This document shows, in pieces, positions 1-9,372 of a stretch of 64,000 nucleotides of DNA (the stretch's first letter is position 1; every line of letters starts with the position of its first letter). A program made the translations under genes and the position numbers. The stretch lies in contig CAWJKT010000007.1 of the NCBI GenBank assembly GCA_963843375.1, forward strand, positions 53,683 to 117,682, read 5' to 3'. This DNA comes from an uncultured Pseudomonadota bacterium. Lineage in GTDB: Bacteria > Oederibacteriota > Muellerivitia > Muellerivitales > Muellerivitaceae. The notes under the pieces are model-generated. The model saw only the letters and a program-made list of their open reading frames with translations, did no database searches and was not told the origin of the DNA.

Positions 1-258
1 GTTGTCGTAAAAAAGGGCCTCAAAAAGCTGAGTGATGACATGATTGGTTCCGGCCAGAACGACCATTTCCCACATGCTCCATCCCGCGATGTCTTTTGTC
101 TGTCCGTATATGACTTTGATATAAATAAATTGCATCACGAGCCACATGAATTCCGTGAAAAGGCGGACCAGGAAGTTGGTTTTGAACTGCATTTCCCGAA
201 CCAAGCAGTTCTTCATCATCAGTCCGGTCAGCCGGAAGTATCTTCCCAAGGTTGTCAT
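1..258 (-). CDS. ABC-2 type transporter permease (ABC2_membrane_6-like), partial, runs off window start
   Basis: Manual translation from ATG at 258: MTTLGRYFRLTGLMMKNCLVREMQFKTNFLVRLFTEFMW...IAGWSMWEMVVLAG. It abuts the stop codon of the upstream permease. Confidence 0.8.
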   Translation of the reverse strand, partial: MTTLGRYFRLTGLMMKNCLVREMQFKTNFLVRLFTEFMWLVMQFIYIKVIYGQTKDIAGWSMWEMVVLAGTNHVITQLFEALFYDN

Positions 259-259
259 T

Positions 260-1096
260 TCACCCCCCCACCGCCGAATAACGTTTCAGCCCCAATTTCC
301 ACATGAACTGGCTGACGGTGAAAAAAATCCCGATCCATAAAAACCCGATCCCCAATAACTGGAGCAATTGGCCTTGGGGAACCTTGCCCATCAAAATGAC
401 GCAGGGCCAATAACCTTCATATCCAAAAGGGGACAGGAATAAAAACTGCTGCATGGACGCGGGTAAAATATTCAGCGGGATCATTTGGCCCGAAAGGAAA
501 AACTCGATCATCATGACCACAAAAAGAAAAGTGGAGATTTCCAGGAACCAAAAAGCGAGTATCCCGATCATGAAACAAAAAAGCATGCCGATGGAGAAAG
601 CGATAAACAGCGAAACCACAAAGGCCCCCCATTCCCAAATTGTGGGAATGTGGCTGAAAAAATGGCGCATCAGGAAAAAGATGGGCGGAAAAGTAAAAAT
701 AGCCACATACCAAAAAACCAGTTTGTGGGCCAGCCGATACATCACCTGATACCAGAGGTAATCGATAGGACGGATTAGATAGCGGTTCAAAAGGCCGTCC
801 TTGATGTCCTTGCTGATGTCGGAAGTCGTTCCGGGAACGCTGGAAAAACCCCTCGCAACATACATAAAAGCGTAATAGGCGATGATATCCTGATAGTTCA
901 TTCCACGGATGGTGGTATTGGTTTTATATACCGCATACCAAAGAAAAATGGTGGTCACCAGAGGAAGGAAGCGGAAAACGGCCCCGAACACGTAATTGGC
1001 CCGGTAGGACATGTCTTCCTGGGTACGGGTGCTGAGAATGACCCAGTATTTGTGGAATGGGGATTTGGATGCGGTTTCGGCAACAGGAATACCCAT
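260..1096 (-). CDS. ABC-2 type transporter permease
   Basis: Multi-TM protein with YRANY, DIKDGLLNRYLIRPIDY and LSGQMIPLNILP motifs, co-transcribed with an ABC ATPase. Confidence 0.85.
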   Translation of the reverse strand: MGIPVAETASKSPFHKYWVILSTRTQEDMSYRANYVFGAVFRFLPLVTTIFLWYAVYKTNTTIRGMNYQDIIAYYAFMYVARGFSSVPGTTSDISKDIKDGLLNRYLIRPIDYLWYQVMYRLAHKLVFWYVAIFTFPPIFFLMRHFFSHIPTIWEWGAFVVSLFIAFSIGMLFCFMIGILAFWFLEISTFLFVVMMIEFFLSGQMIPLNILPASMQQFLFLSPFGYEGYWPCVILMGKVPQGQLLQLLGIGFLWIGIFFTVSQFMWKLGLKRYSAVGG

Positions 1097-2079
1097 TAAT
1101 TCTCCGATCCTTTAAAAACCTTCTCAATCACTTCCTCGATGGGTACCTCTTCAATATTGATATCGTCCACGTCAAATTGGGTCAATATCTCATTTGAGGC
1201 TTTTTTGACGTTGTCACGCGTGACTTTCAAGATCGCCTTGGCTTTACTATACTCCAGCACTTCCCCCAAGGCGGCCAGTTGTTCCCGGCTGATCCCCCCG
1301 GCCTTGAAAGTGACTGAAATAAGCTTGGTTTGGGAAAATTTCTCTACAACGTCATCCAACCGCCCATCAAATATTTTTTTGCCATGGTTGATGACGACCA
1401 CCCTTTCGCAAAGGGCCTGAATGTCGTTCATATAATGGCTTGTCAGCAGAATCGTTGTTTTCGTGCGCCGGTTGTAATCCTTGATGAACTCCCGGATGTT
1501 CTTTTGGGCCACTACGTCCAAACCAATGGTGGGCTCATCCAGAAACAAGACCCTTGGGCGGTGCAAAAGGGCGGCGATCAACTCGAATTTCATGCGTTCA
1601 CCGAGTGAAAGTTCGCGAACCATGATCCCCAAGAGCTTTTTCACTTGCAAAAGCTCGGTCATTTCATCCAGGACCTGCTTGTAGTCCCCGTCGGAAACAC
1701 CGTAGATTTCCTTATTAAGGTAGAGAGATTCTTGGGCTGGCAGGTCCCACCAAAGCTGGTTCTTTTGGCCCATGACCAGGGCGAATTGCCGGCGATATTC
1801 GTTTTTTCTTTCCCATGGCGTAAAGCCCATGACCTTCGCCGTACCGGCGGTGGGAAAAAGGATCCCCGATAGCATTTTTAGAGTGGTGGTCTTTCCCGCG
1901 CCATTAGGCCCCAGAAAACCAACCAACTCACCTTCCTCGATATTAAAGGAAACCCCATCCACGGCCCTCACCTGGGTGTATTGGCGGTTGAAAAGGCCCC
2001 TCACCGCTCCGCCCAAACCAGGCAGGCGCTTTTGAGTTTGGTAGATTTTGCTTAAGGTCTCCACTTCAATGATGGGCAT
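1096..2079 (-). CDS. ABC transporter ATP-binding protein
   Basis: Walker A GPNGAGKTT, signature LSLGERM, Walker B LFLDEPT, H-loop TSH. Confidence 0.95.
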   Translation of the reverse strand: MPIIEVETLSKIYQTQKRLPGLGGAVRGLFNRQYTQVRAVDGVSFNIEEGELVGFLGPNGAGKTTTLKMLSGILFPTAGTAKVMGFTPWERKNEYRRQFALVMGQKNQLWWDLPAQESLYLNKEIYGVSDGDYKQVLDEMTELLQVKKLLGIMVRELSLGERMKFELIAALLHRPRVLFLDEPTIGLDVVAQKNIREFIKDYNRRTKTTILLTSHYMNDIQALCERVVVINHGKKIFDGRLDDVVEKFSQTKLISVTFKAGGISREQLAALGEVLEYSKAKAILKVTRDNVKKASNEILTQFDVDDINIEEVPIEEVIEKVFKGSEN

Positions 2080-2335
2080 CGGAAGGCGTCCTCTTTCATT
2101 TTGGCAAGCGGCACCCTATTCATTTACCCGAACTATTAAATTAAGAATAAGGCGGTCCGGTTCTCAATAAATTTTTAAAATCGAGGAACCGGACGGTTAT
2201 TATAAGAACCGTGTTCCAAAGAATCCAACCCCTTAAACAAACAAATCCATCGCCGAGACTCCGGGACCGTAAAAAACTTTAGAATGAATTATGTTTTCTC
2301 CGTTCCCTTTCGTCTCTATGGTAAAGTCTTTGAAA

Positions 2336-2971
2336 ATGTCCAACCCGAAAACTTCCAAAATCATTCACGAACTCCAACGTCTTTATCCCGACACGCGGTG
2401 TTTTCTCCACTATAAGACCCCCTTCCAACTTCTTTGCGCGGTTATTCTCTCGGCTCAATGCACCGATGAAAGGGTGAACATCGTAGTGCCCGGACTTTTC
2501 AAGGTTTTTCCCACACCCAAAAAACTGGCTAAAGCCAAAATGAAGGACGTGGAAAAACTCATCAAATCCACCGGGTTCTACCACAACAAAGCCAAGAACT
2601 TAGTCGGTGCCGCTCAAGCGCTATTGGGACTGTATAAAGGAAAGATGCCCAAGACCATCGAAAAAATGCTGGAGATTCCGGGCGTTGGACGAAAGACAGC
2701 CAATGTGGTCTTGGGGGAAGTCTATGGCATCTCGGAAGGCATCACCGTGGATACCCATGTAACCCGCCTGAGTAACCGCCTGGGTTGGACCCAACACCAG
2801 GACGCCGTCAAAATCGAACAGGATTTAATGAGGATTATTCCCAAGGTGGAATGGCTTCATTTCTCCCACCGCTTGATTCAGCACGGCCGCAAAGTCTGCG
2901 ACGCCCGCAAACCCCTCTGCAATGTGTGCACCTTGTCAAAATGGTGTCCCTCGGCAAAAGGGATGAACTAA
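2336..2971 (+). CDS. nth: endonuclease III
   Basis: LSAQCTDERVN, HhH PGVGRKTANVVL, VDTHV and the C-terminal 4Fe-4S motif CDARKPLCNVCTLSKWC. Start placed at ATG 2336 (ORF track starts at 2291). Confidence 0.93.
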   Translation: MSNPKTSKIIHELQRLYPDTRCFLHYKTPFQLLCAVILSAQCTDERVNIVVPGLFKVFPTPKKLAKAKMKDVEKLIKSTGFYHNKAKNLVGAAQALLGLYKGKMPKTIEKMLEIPGVGRKTANVVLGEVYGISEGITVDTHVTRLSNRLGWTQHQDAVKIEQDLMRIIPKVEWLHFSHRLIQHGRKVCDARKPLCNVCTLSKWCPSAKGMN

Positions 2972-3138
2972 AAAAATTCCGACCTCGCGGTGAAAACCGA
3001 CCAAGGAGTCGATTTAGGCGGGAGGTTATTCCCCGTTTCAAATCGTTAAACCGGCGATTCGAAACACTGAATCGAATGATTAGACCATTCAGGCCAATCG
3101 GGATAAAATTAACTGAAATCGCTTATCTCAAAGGCCCT

Positions 3139-4353
3139 ATGAAATATTACAGATTGTTTACAATCTTAACTGTCTTCCTCATTTGTTGGGCCTTGGAGCA
3201 GTCAATTCATTGTTGGTCACAGACTCCCACTCCCACCTGCGTGCAATTCACGGACACCTACGGGAGCTCATCGAGCCTGAATAATTACAGCTACTACGAC
3301 GTGAATTGGAATCCCTCCACTGCGGCGGGGCTTTACTACACCGCGGGGACCAACGAATTGGAACAAAACCCCGTGGGCACCACGGGTTATTCGTACTTGA
3401 CGGTCAACAGCGGCGAATTCCCCACGACCCTCTCGAGTTACACCGTGGAAGGGGATTTCATGCTGGGAACCGGAGGCCAGGGAGTTTTCGGACTTGTGTT
3501 CCTTTCAACTCCTTCAGCGGCGGAAGGTTATATCTTCCAGTGGAACGGACTCAATAACCGCTGGGAGATCGAGAAGCAGTATGCCCCCAGCACCTATTAC
3601 TACGTGGCGACGAATCCCAACCCGGCCTATACCTTGGGGACTTGGGTCCATTTGGAGGTGGTGGTCTCCGGGGGTGTCATGAACGCTTATGAGACGCCCG
3701 AAACGGGTCCTGGGGTGGGGCTTGGGACGACAGTACAAATCTTCAATGATGTGACGGATCCGGGGACGACCGCGCCTTACACTTCCGGGGCGGTAGGAAT
3801 CCGCAGTTACAACGTGGTGGCGGGAAATACCCTGTATGTCGCCAACTTCACCGCTTTTACCTGCCTGCTGACGACCACTCCAACTCTTACCAACACCCCG
3901 ACCAACACACCCTCTCCCACAATAACATTCACTCCGACATTAACCGCTACCGCCACCCCTAGTTCCACGACTACCAACACTCCCACACCCACTCCAACCT
4001 TAACACCCTGTGGGTACCCCGGGAACACCTGCACCCCCACCAACACACCCACGCCCACACCCATACCGCAGGACCTCTTTTACATCTCGGAAAATTCCTT
4101 CACCGCTTCCAACCCGGTTTCAATCGAGGTGGTTTACACTGAATATCCTGGGCCCTTTAACCTGATGATCTACAACTCGGCGGGGGAACATGTCCGCACC
4201 CTGGTTTCCCAACAGTTAACCGCCCCCGTCAGCCAATGGTATAGCTGGAATGGAATCAATAAGTATGGAGATAAATGCGCGAGCGGGGTTTACATTATTT
4301 ATTTGACCGAACCCTTCAGTTTTAAAGTAAAAAGGGTCATCCTCATAAAATAG
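3139..4353 (+). CDS. secreted protein: ConA/DUF1080-like beta-sandwich, Thr/Pro stalk, C-terminal FlgD-Ig/CTD-like domain
   Basis: Signal peptide MKYYRLFTILTVFLIC from ATG 3139, SYTVEGDF...GLVF...WVHLEVVVSG...SGAVGIR lectin-like pattern, TPT repeats, then IYNSAGEHVRTL...WNG...ASGVYIIYL...KRVILIK. Confidence 0.7.
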   Translation: MKYYRLFTILTVFLICWALEQSIHCWSQTPTPTCVQFTDTYGSSSSLNNYSYYDVNWNPSTAAGLYYTAGTNELEQNPVGTTGYSYLTVNSGEFPTTLSSYTVEGDFMLGTGGQGVFGLVFLSTPSAAEGYIFQWNGLNNRWEIEKQYAPSTYYYVATNPNPAYTLGTWVHLEVVVSGGVMNAYETPETGPGVGLGTTVQIFNDVTDPGTTAPYTSGAVGIRSYNVVAGNTLYVANFTAFTCLLTTTPTLTNTPTNTPSPTITFTPTLTATATPSSTTTNTPTPTPTLTPCGYPGNTCTPTNTPTPTPIPQDLFYISENSFTASNPVSIEVVYTEYPGPFNLMIYNSAGEHVRTLVSQQLTAPVSQWYSWNGINKYGDKCASGVYIIYLTEPFSFKVKRVILIK

Positions 4354-4479
4354 CTTTATTGTTCCTCGAAGCCGATTCGACTCAATAATTGGCAAAATCC
4401 GCTTTAATTTGGGCCTTGTTTTTGGAAGCCAGTCACGTGTTAAAATAGTTTCGTCAATCTTCCAAAAGGATCGTTCGAA

Positions 4480-4806
4480 ATGAAGCACATCCAAAACGAC
4501 TTCATGCGGGTTCAACTTCAAAACGCCATGTTATCCCAAGAGTTGGCGGAATCCGCGAAACTTCGGCAAGCCGAGAGGGCGCGGGCCAAGGCCGCAGATG
4601 CCGTTGAAAAGCTTCATGATCAAACCAATGACCAAGCGGTAAATAAAGTAAAGGGATTAACCGAGGAAAAATCAGGCGAGCAAAAAGAACGTCCCCAAGG
4701 CTCCCGGACATGGCGCTATCGCCCGGATGGAACCATCGAGGAAGAGGGCGGCAACGCGGGAAATTCCGCCACCTTTAATATTCCCCGAATCGATATCAAA
4801 ACCTAA
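4480..4806 (+). CDS. hypothetical protein (charged, helical)
   Basis: 108-aa ORF filling the gap between genes, ending PRIDIKT. No family recognised. Confidence 0.55.
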   Translation: MKHIQNDFMRVQLQNAMLSQELAESAKLRQAERARAKAADAVEKLHDQTNDQAVNKVKGLTEEKSGEQKERPQGSRTWRYRPDGTIEEEGGNAGNSATFNIPRIDIKT

Positions 4807-4825
4807 ACTAGCCTTTAGCTTTTAT

Positions 4826-5566
4826 TTAATCTCCGTTCATCCCTGTTCCCGAACCGCTTGGCGATCCAGAGCCCAGGTGATGTCTTCCATGATGTCCTCC
4901 CCTTTTTGCGCCCGGGGTCGTCGTCGCGCTGGGTTTCGCGACAGGCAAGGTTTCAACCTCCTCGGTTCCTGTTCTTAACAAGTCATCCCCAAGCGCCCCA
5001 TTAGCGTCACACGAATGATAGTGGCCGTCATCCAGGAAAACTTGAAACCCGTTCGAAACATTGGGGTCCTGCCACCACCAGAAACCCTGATCGAAATAAA
5101 GCCAGCGCTGGGTGTAGCTATCATGCCACCAAAAGCGTCCCGACCGCCAAAGGATCCAATGAAAGCTTCCACCGGTGTGCCACCCATACCAATCCCGATT
5201 ACCTTCCCGACAGTGGCAATAGTCCCAACCCTTGAAAGGATGCCAATAATATCTCCCTGATGACTTGTCCATTTTGTTGACCACCGGAATTTGCTGCAGA
5301 GTTTGGTGATCGGTCAGGTCCATTAAGGCGGGGCCTCGGGGAGCCGTGTCTTCGTCATTGGTGAGATTCATGGCAATGCCTTCCACTTTGTGGGGAGGAC
5401 GAGGAAGGGTATAGAAGGTTTTATCCGGGATTTTTTCTTGGGGACTCAGGACCAGGGGCTTGGCCATCGTAGGCGTGGAAGTCTCGGTGGGAATAAGGTC
5501 ATAAGCAAAAGCGGTCCCGGTTCCCCACAGAAGCAAAGCCGTCCCTACCCAAAACCCGCCGCCCAT
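4826..5566 (-). CDS. hypothetical secreted Trp/Tyr/His-rich protein
   Basis: RBS AAGGAG before ATG 5566, signal peptide ending TAFA, aromatic-rich central domain. Confidence 0.65.
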   Translation of the reverse strand: MGGGFWVGTALLLWGTGTAFAYDLIPTETSTPTMAKPLVLSPQEKIPDKTFYTLPRPPHKVEGIAMNLTNDEDTAPRGPALMDLTDHQTLQQIPVVNKMDKSSGRYYWHPFKGWDYCHCREGNRDWYGWHTGGSFHWILWRSGRFWWHDSYTQRWLYFDQGFWWWQDPNVSNGFQVFLDDGHYHSCDANGALGDDLLRTGTEEVETLPVAKPSATTTPGAKRGGHHGRHHLGSGSPSGSGTGMNGD

Positions 5567-5675
5567 GGAATCTCCTTTGAAAACAGACTCGGTTTTTGGA
5601 CGCCCCCGCGCCGATAAAAGAGTTAGCCTTTTTGAGGTTAAAACTTGACACATAAAGCAAAAGTCATGCGTCTAG

Positions 5676-7901
5676 ATGGTCATGGAATCCAATATTTCTC
5701 TAAAACAAACCGCCGCTCATCCCGGGGACCAACCACCCCCTTCCACTCCCGGTTCCCGGGAATGGGCGGCCCTTGTTCTTATCCTCTTAGTGGCGGCCGT
5801 CCTTCGCCTTTGGAAAATCGACCAAAACGGAACCGGTAATCCCTACTACGCCTCGGCCGTTCGAAGCATGTTGATGAACTGGCACAATTTCTTTTTTGTG
5901 TCTTTCGATCCCGTCGGGTTTGTGACGGTGGACAAGCCCCCAGTGTCCTTGTGGATTCAAACCGCCTTCGCCAAATTGTTCGGTTACAGGGGCCTCACCC
6001 TCATTCTTCCTCAGGTCCTGGAGGGGCTCGGCACCATAGTCCTCGTATATCATCTTGTGCGGCGCCGCTTCGGCTCCGGCGCGGCACTTTTTTCCGCATT
6101 GGTCATTGCCCTCTCGCCCGTCAGCGTCGCCGTGGATCGATACAATAACACGGATGCCTGCCTAGTTGCGGTCATGCTTCTATCGGCCTGGGCTTTAAGC
6201 CTGGCCGCCGAAACCGGAAACCGAAAGCTTTTGTATCTGGCCTTAATCCTGGTGGGAGTGGGTTTCAATACCAAAATGATGGCGGCTTTCGTCGGGCTTC
6301 CGGTTTTTTACCTGGTTTACCTGCTGGGATCGCCGCGATCCTGGTTACACCGCCTGGGAGATTTGACCATTGGCACCCTGATTCTGCTGGTGGTGGCCTT
6401 GTCTTGGCCAATGGCGGTGGATTTAACCCCACCGGAACAGCGGCCCTTTGTGGGAAGCACTCAGGATAATTCCATGGTCAGCCTCTCCTTGGGTTGGAAC
6501 GGATTCCAAAGATTACTGACTAGGGGACGGCGCGGCTTTCCCCAAAACCAAAGGCCGAGAAATGCTCCGGCATCTGTCACCGGAACAAGTACTTCCCCCG
6601 TCACGGCTACCGCCGATACCACCAATCCATCCCCTACCATCTCAACGGCGAATTCGGGTACGACCGCGGCCGGGCCGTCTTCCCAGGGCATGGGCCGCCG
6701 AAGGGGCGGCGGCATGAATACCGGGACCCCCGGACCGTTGCGGCTGGCGGATAAAAACATGGCTGGACAGATCGCTTGGTTTCTTCCCCTGGCCTTACTG
6801 GGTTTCTGGGCCGAGGCCCGGCGAACCCGCCTCTTCATTCCCTTGGCGCCTTCCCATCAAGCCCTATTGTTTTGGCTGGGCTGGTTTTTCACCTACGCGG
6901 TAGTTTTCAGTTTTATGCGAGGGGCCATGCACGCCTATTACCTCGTCATGTTAGTACCGGCTATAGCCGCCCTCGCGGGAATCGGGATACAAGCCCTCTG
7001 GTCCTATTTTCAGGAAGGCCATCGTGCCTACTTGTTCCTGGGTCTGATCCTGACCACTGCCTGGCAGGCTTTTATCGTGGATCAATATCCCGACTGGAAA
7101 TCCACGCTTTTGCCAATTCTATTTTTGGGTGTGGGCTTGGCGGTGGTTGGGCTTTTCTTTTTGCCGTTCCTGAAGGTACAAAAATCCCAGTTGAGTTCGG
7201 GCATTCCCCTGAGTTTAGGACTTTGCGCGCTTTTCCTTTGTCCTTCCTTTTGGGCCCTGACACCTGTTTTAGGCTCGGGTCAATCAGTCGAGGCCAGCCC
7301 GGATTTGCTCTCAAGGGGTCAAGGAGAGGGAATGTTTCAGGGATTCGGCGGGCACTTGAACAATACCAAACTCATGGATTTCCTGAAGACCCATTGCAAA
7401 GGCGAGCAATATCTTTTGGTATCGCAAAACAGCCAGTTGGTGGCGCCGATTATCATTGAAACCGGTGAACCGGTGGTGGCTATTGGCGGTTTTATGGGTG
7501 GGGACCCCATTCTCACCGTCAACCAATTCGCCCAAAAAGTAAAGGACGGACATTTCCGCTATATGCTTCTCCAGGGTCCCGGGCCTAACCAAGGCCGGGG
7601 TGGGAACAATGGCCGGGGATTTGGCGGCAACGGTGGAGGTTTTGGCGGGGGCTTCGGTTTTGGGCGGGGGGGCGGACAGCAGGCCGAAATCGCCAAATGG
7701 GTTAGGGAAAATGGAAAACCGGTCGACCCGGCCCTTTGGAAACCGGCCATTCCCCCGGCCCCTATCGCCAGCCAAAATCCAACCCAGTCACCGGGTGGCA
7801 CCCAAGGGTTCCAAGGGGGCTTTGGCGGCCGCCGGGGCGGTCTGGCTAATCTCCAGCTTTATGACCTGCGTCCCGACAAAGAGACAAAAACCTCCTCTTA
7901 A
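5676..7901 (+). CDS. ArnT/PMT-family (GT-C) glycosyltransferase, YkcB-like
   Basis: GNPYYASAVRSM...NFFFVSFDP..FVTVDKPP, RYNNTD, GFNTKM, PFVGSTQDNS and IGGFMGGDP motifs, many TM helices, Gly-rich loops. Confidence 0.88.
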   Translation: MVMESNISLKQTAAHPGDQPPPSTPGSREWAALVLILLVAAVLRLWKIDQNGTGNPYYASAVRSMLMNWHNFFFVSFDPVGFVTVDKPPVSLWIQTAFAKLFGYRGLTLILPQVLEGLGTIVLVYHLVRRRFGSGAALFSALVIALSPVSVAVDRYNNTDACLVAVMLLSAWALSLAAETGNRKLLYLALILVGVGFNTKMMAAFVGLPVFYLVYLLGSPRSWLHRLGDLTIGTLILLVVALSWPMAVDLTPPEQRPFVGSTQDNSMVSLSLGWNGFQRLLTRGRRGFPQNQRPRNAPASVTGTSTSPVTATADTTNPSPTISTANSGTTAAGPSSQGMGRRRGGGMNTGTPGPLRLADKNMAGQIAWFLPLALLGFWAEARRTRLFIPLAPSHQALLFWLGWFFTYAVVFSFMRGAMHAYYLVMLVPAIAALAGIGIQALWSYFQEGHRAYLFLGLILTTAWQAFIVDQYPDWKSTLLPILFLGVGLAVVGLFFLPFLKVQKSQLSSGIPLSLGLCALFLCPSFWALTPVLGSGQSVEASPDLLSRGQGEGMFQGFGGHLNNTKLMDFLKTHCKGEQYLLVSQNSQLVAPIIIETGEPVVAIGGFMGGDPILTVNQFAQKVKDGHFRYMLLQGPGPNQGRGGNNGRGFGGNGGGFGGGFGFGRGGGQQAEIAKWVRENGKPVDPALWKPAIPPAPIASQNPTQSPGGTQGFQGGFGGRRGGLANLQLYDLRPDKETKTSS

Positions 7902-7916
7902 GATTAAACTACACCC

Positions 7917-9281
7917 ATGACGCCTAACAATTTCTCATCCAAGACAACCCTTGTGCTTGAGACCGGGGCAAACCTGAATTTACTGGCTGCCAAGCTTAAT
8001 CAAGTTTTCGCCCAAGACAACCCGTTGCCCGCAAAAATCCTGTTGGCCTCTCCTCCGGGTCAAAAGGAAAAAGTCTTATTGAGGCTTTCCATTTTTTTAA
8101 AAAAAATCGAAGTGCTAGAAATCAATTCCCTTTTACACGATCTTCTTCCCCATCTCACCACACCCTTCGTGGCCTACCTGCCTGCCAACGCCCCCTATTC
8201 CCCGCCTCCGTTGGAGGAGTGGAACAGAGTCAAGCAAGAGACTTTTTTCATCCGGCCCTGGATACCGCCGGTCACTTTGAGCAACACCGAATGGGCCCGC
8301 CTGGTTTATATGTCCTTTGGATGGATTTCGACCCGGGCCTTGTTTCAACATTTGGGAATGGAAAGTACCTTGACTTTACTCGACTTGGAAAGGGTTTCCC
8401 GGAAATCGGCCTTTTCCCTTCCCTACATTTCAGCTCCAGCAAGTTCCTCCACCACCAACCAGTTGGATTTATTTGAAGGCCCCCCCAAATTGTCCCCGAA
8501 ATCCCGAGTTTTGGCCTTGGTTCCTCATTTCAATTGCGAGCAATGGCTAGGGCAAGCCCTGGATTCCCTCTTGGGCCAAACACGCCCGCCCAACGCCATT
8601 GCCGTCTTGGACGACGCCTCGACGAATGGGCCTCTTGAGATCATCCGCCAATATCCAACAGTGACTCTTTTGCGGTCCCCTGAAAACGTGGGGCCTTACC
8701 GCCTGTTGCAGACGGTGATGGACCAAACGGACTTTGACGCTTATATGTTCCAAGACGCGGACGATTGGTCCAGCCTGGACCGGTTGGAGGAATTGCTTAA
8801 TGAAGCGGAACGCACGGGTGCCGAATGGATCGGCACGCAGGAACTCATGTATTTCGAGGATATTATCCATGCCTGCCGCTATCCCCTGGACCTGAACTCC
8901 ACCCCACAAGCCTCCATCCGCCACCCCTTCTGTTATCCCGGCAGCGTGATTTCGAGAGATTTTTTAATGCGATTGGGTGGATTCGCCTCGGGCCTTCATT
9001 TCAGCGGCGATTTCGAGTTATTGACCAGGGCTGTCTGGGCCGGAAAGGTCGTCAACATGGACCGCTATACTTATTTCCGCCGAATCCGGAAAAATTCACT
9101 GATCACCTCCGAAAGTACGGGGCTGAGCAGCCCGGCTCGCAAGGAAGTGGATACTTTGATTGAGACAAGAAAAGCCGAAAACCTAGCCAAGGTGATGAAG
9201 AGCGGAACGCCCAATCTGGAACCGTTAAAGACCGCCGGGCACGTTGCTTTCGAGCACTTGGCGGGACCGAAGTTGCTGTAA
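7917..9281 (+). CDS. glycosyltransferase family 2 protein with N-terminal extension
   Basis: VPHFNCEQWLGQALDSLLGQT, LDDAST, FQDADDWS DxD motif, GDFELL. Confidence 0.85.
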   Translation: MTPNNFSSKTTLVLETGANLNLLAAKLNQVFAQDNPLPAKILLASPPGQKEKVLLRLSIFLKKIEVLEINSLLHDLLPHLTTPFVAYLPANAPYSPPPLEEWNRVKQETFFIRPWIPPVTLSNTEWARLVYMSFGWISTRALFQHLGMESTLTLLDLERVSRKSAFSLPYISAPASSSTTNQLDLFEGPPKLSPKSRVLALVPHFNCEQWLGQALDSLLGQTRPPNAIAVLDDASTNGPLEIIRQYPTVTLLRSPENVGPYRLLQTVMDQTDFDAYMFQDADDWSSLDRLEELLNEAERTGAEWIGTQELMYFEDIIHACRYPLDLNSTPQASIRHPFCYPGSVISRDFLMRLGGFASGLHFSGDFELLTRAVWAGKVVNMDRYTYFRRIRKNSLITSESTGLSSPARKEVDTLIETRKAENLAKVMKSGTPNLEPLKTAGHVAFEHLAGPKLL

Positions 9282-9372
9282 ATTTCGAAACCCATTCTCT
9301 ATTACTTTTCCATTGCCATTTTCTAATATCGTCGTTCGGATTAAACCGTTTATAAGATTTTGATATTTCATC

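Noticed and set aside
2785..3138. Long N-terminal extensions in the ORF track (also 12221-12310, 23691-23918, 5567-5653)
   Set aside because: They overlap neighbouring genes, terminators or promoters. Downstream starts have an RBS and/or a signal peptide.
2972..3138. Riboswitch in the leader of the 3139 secreted-protein gene
   Set aside because: Small hairpins are present, but I could not match any known aptamer consensus, including c-di-GMP-I/II. An Rfam scan would settle it.
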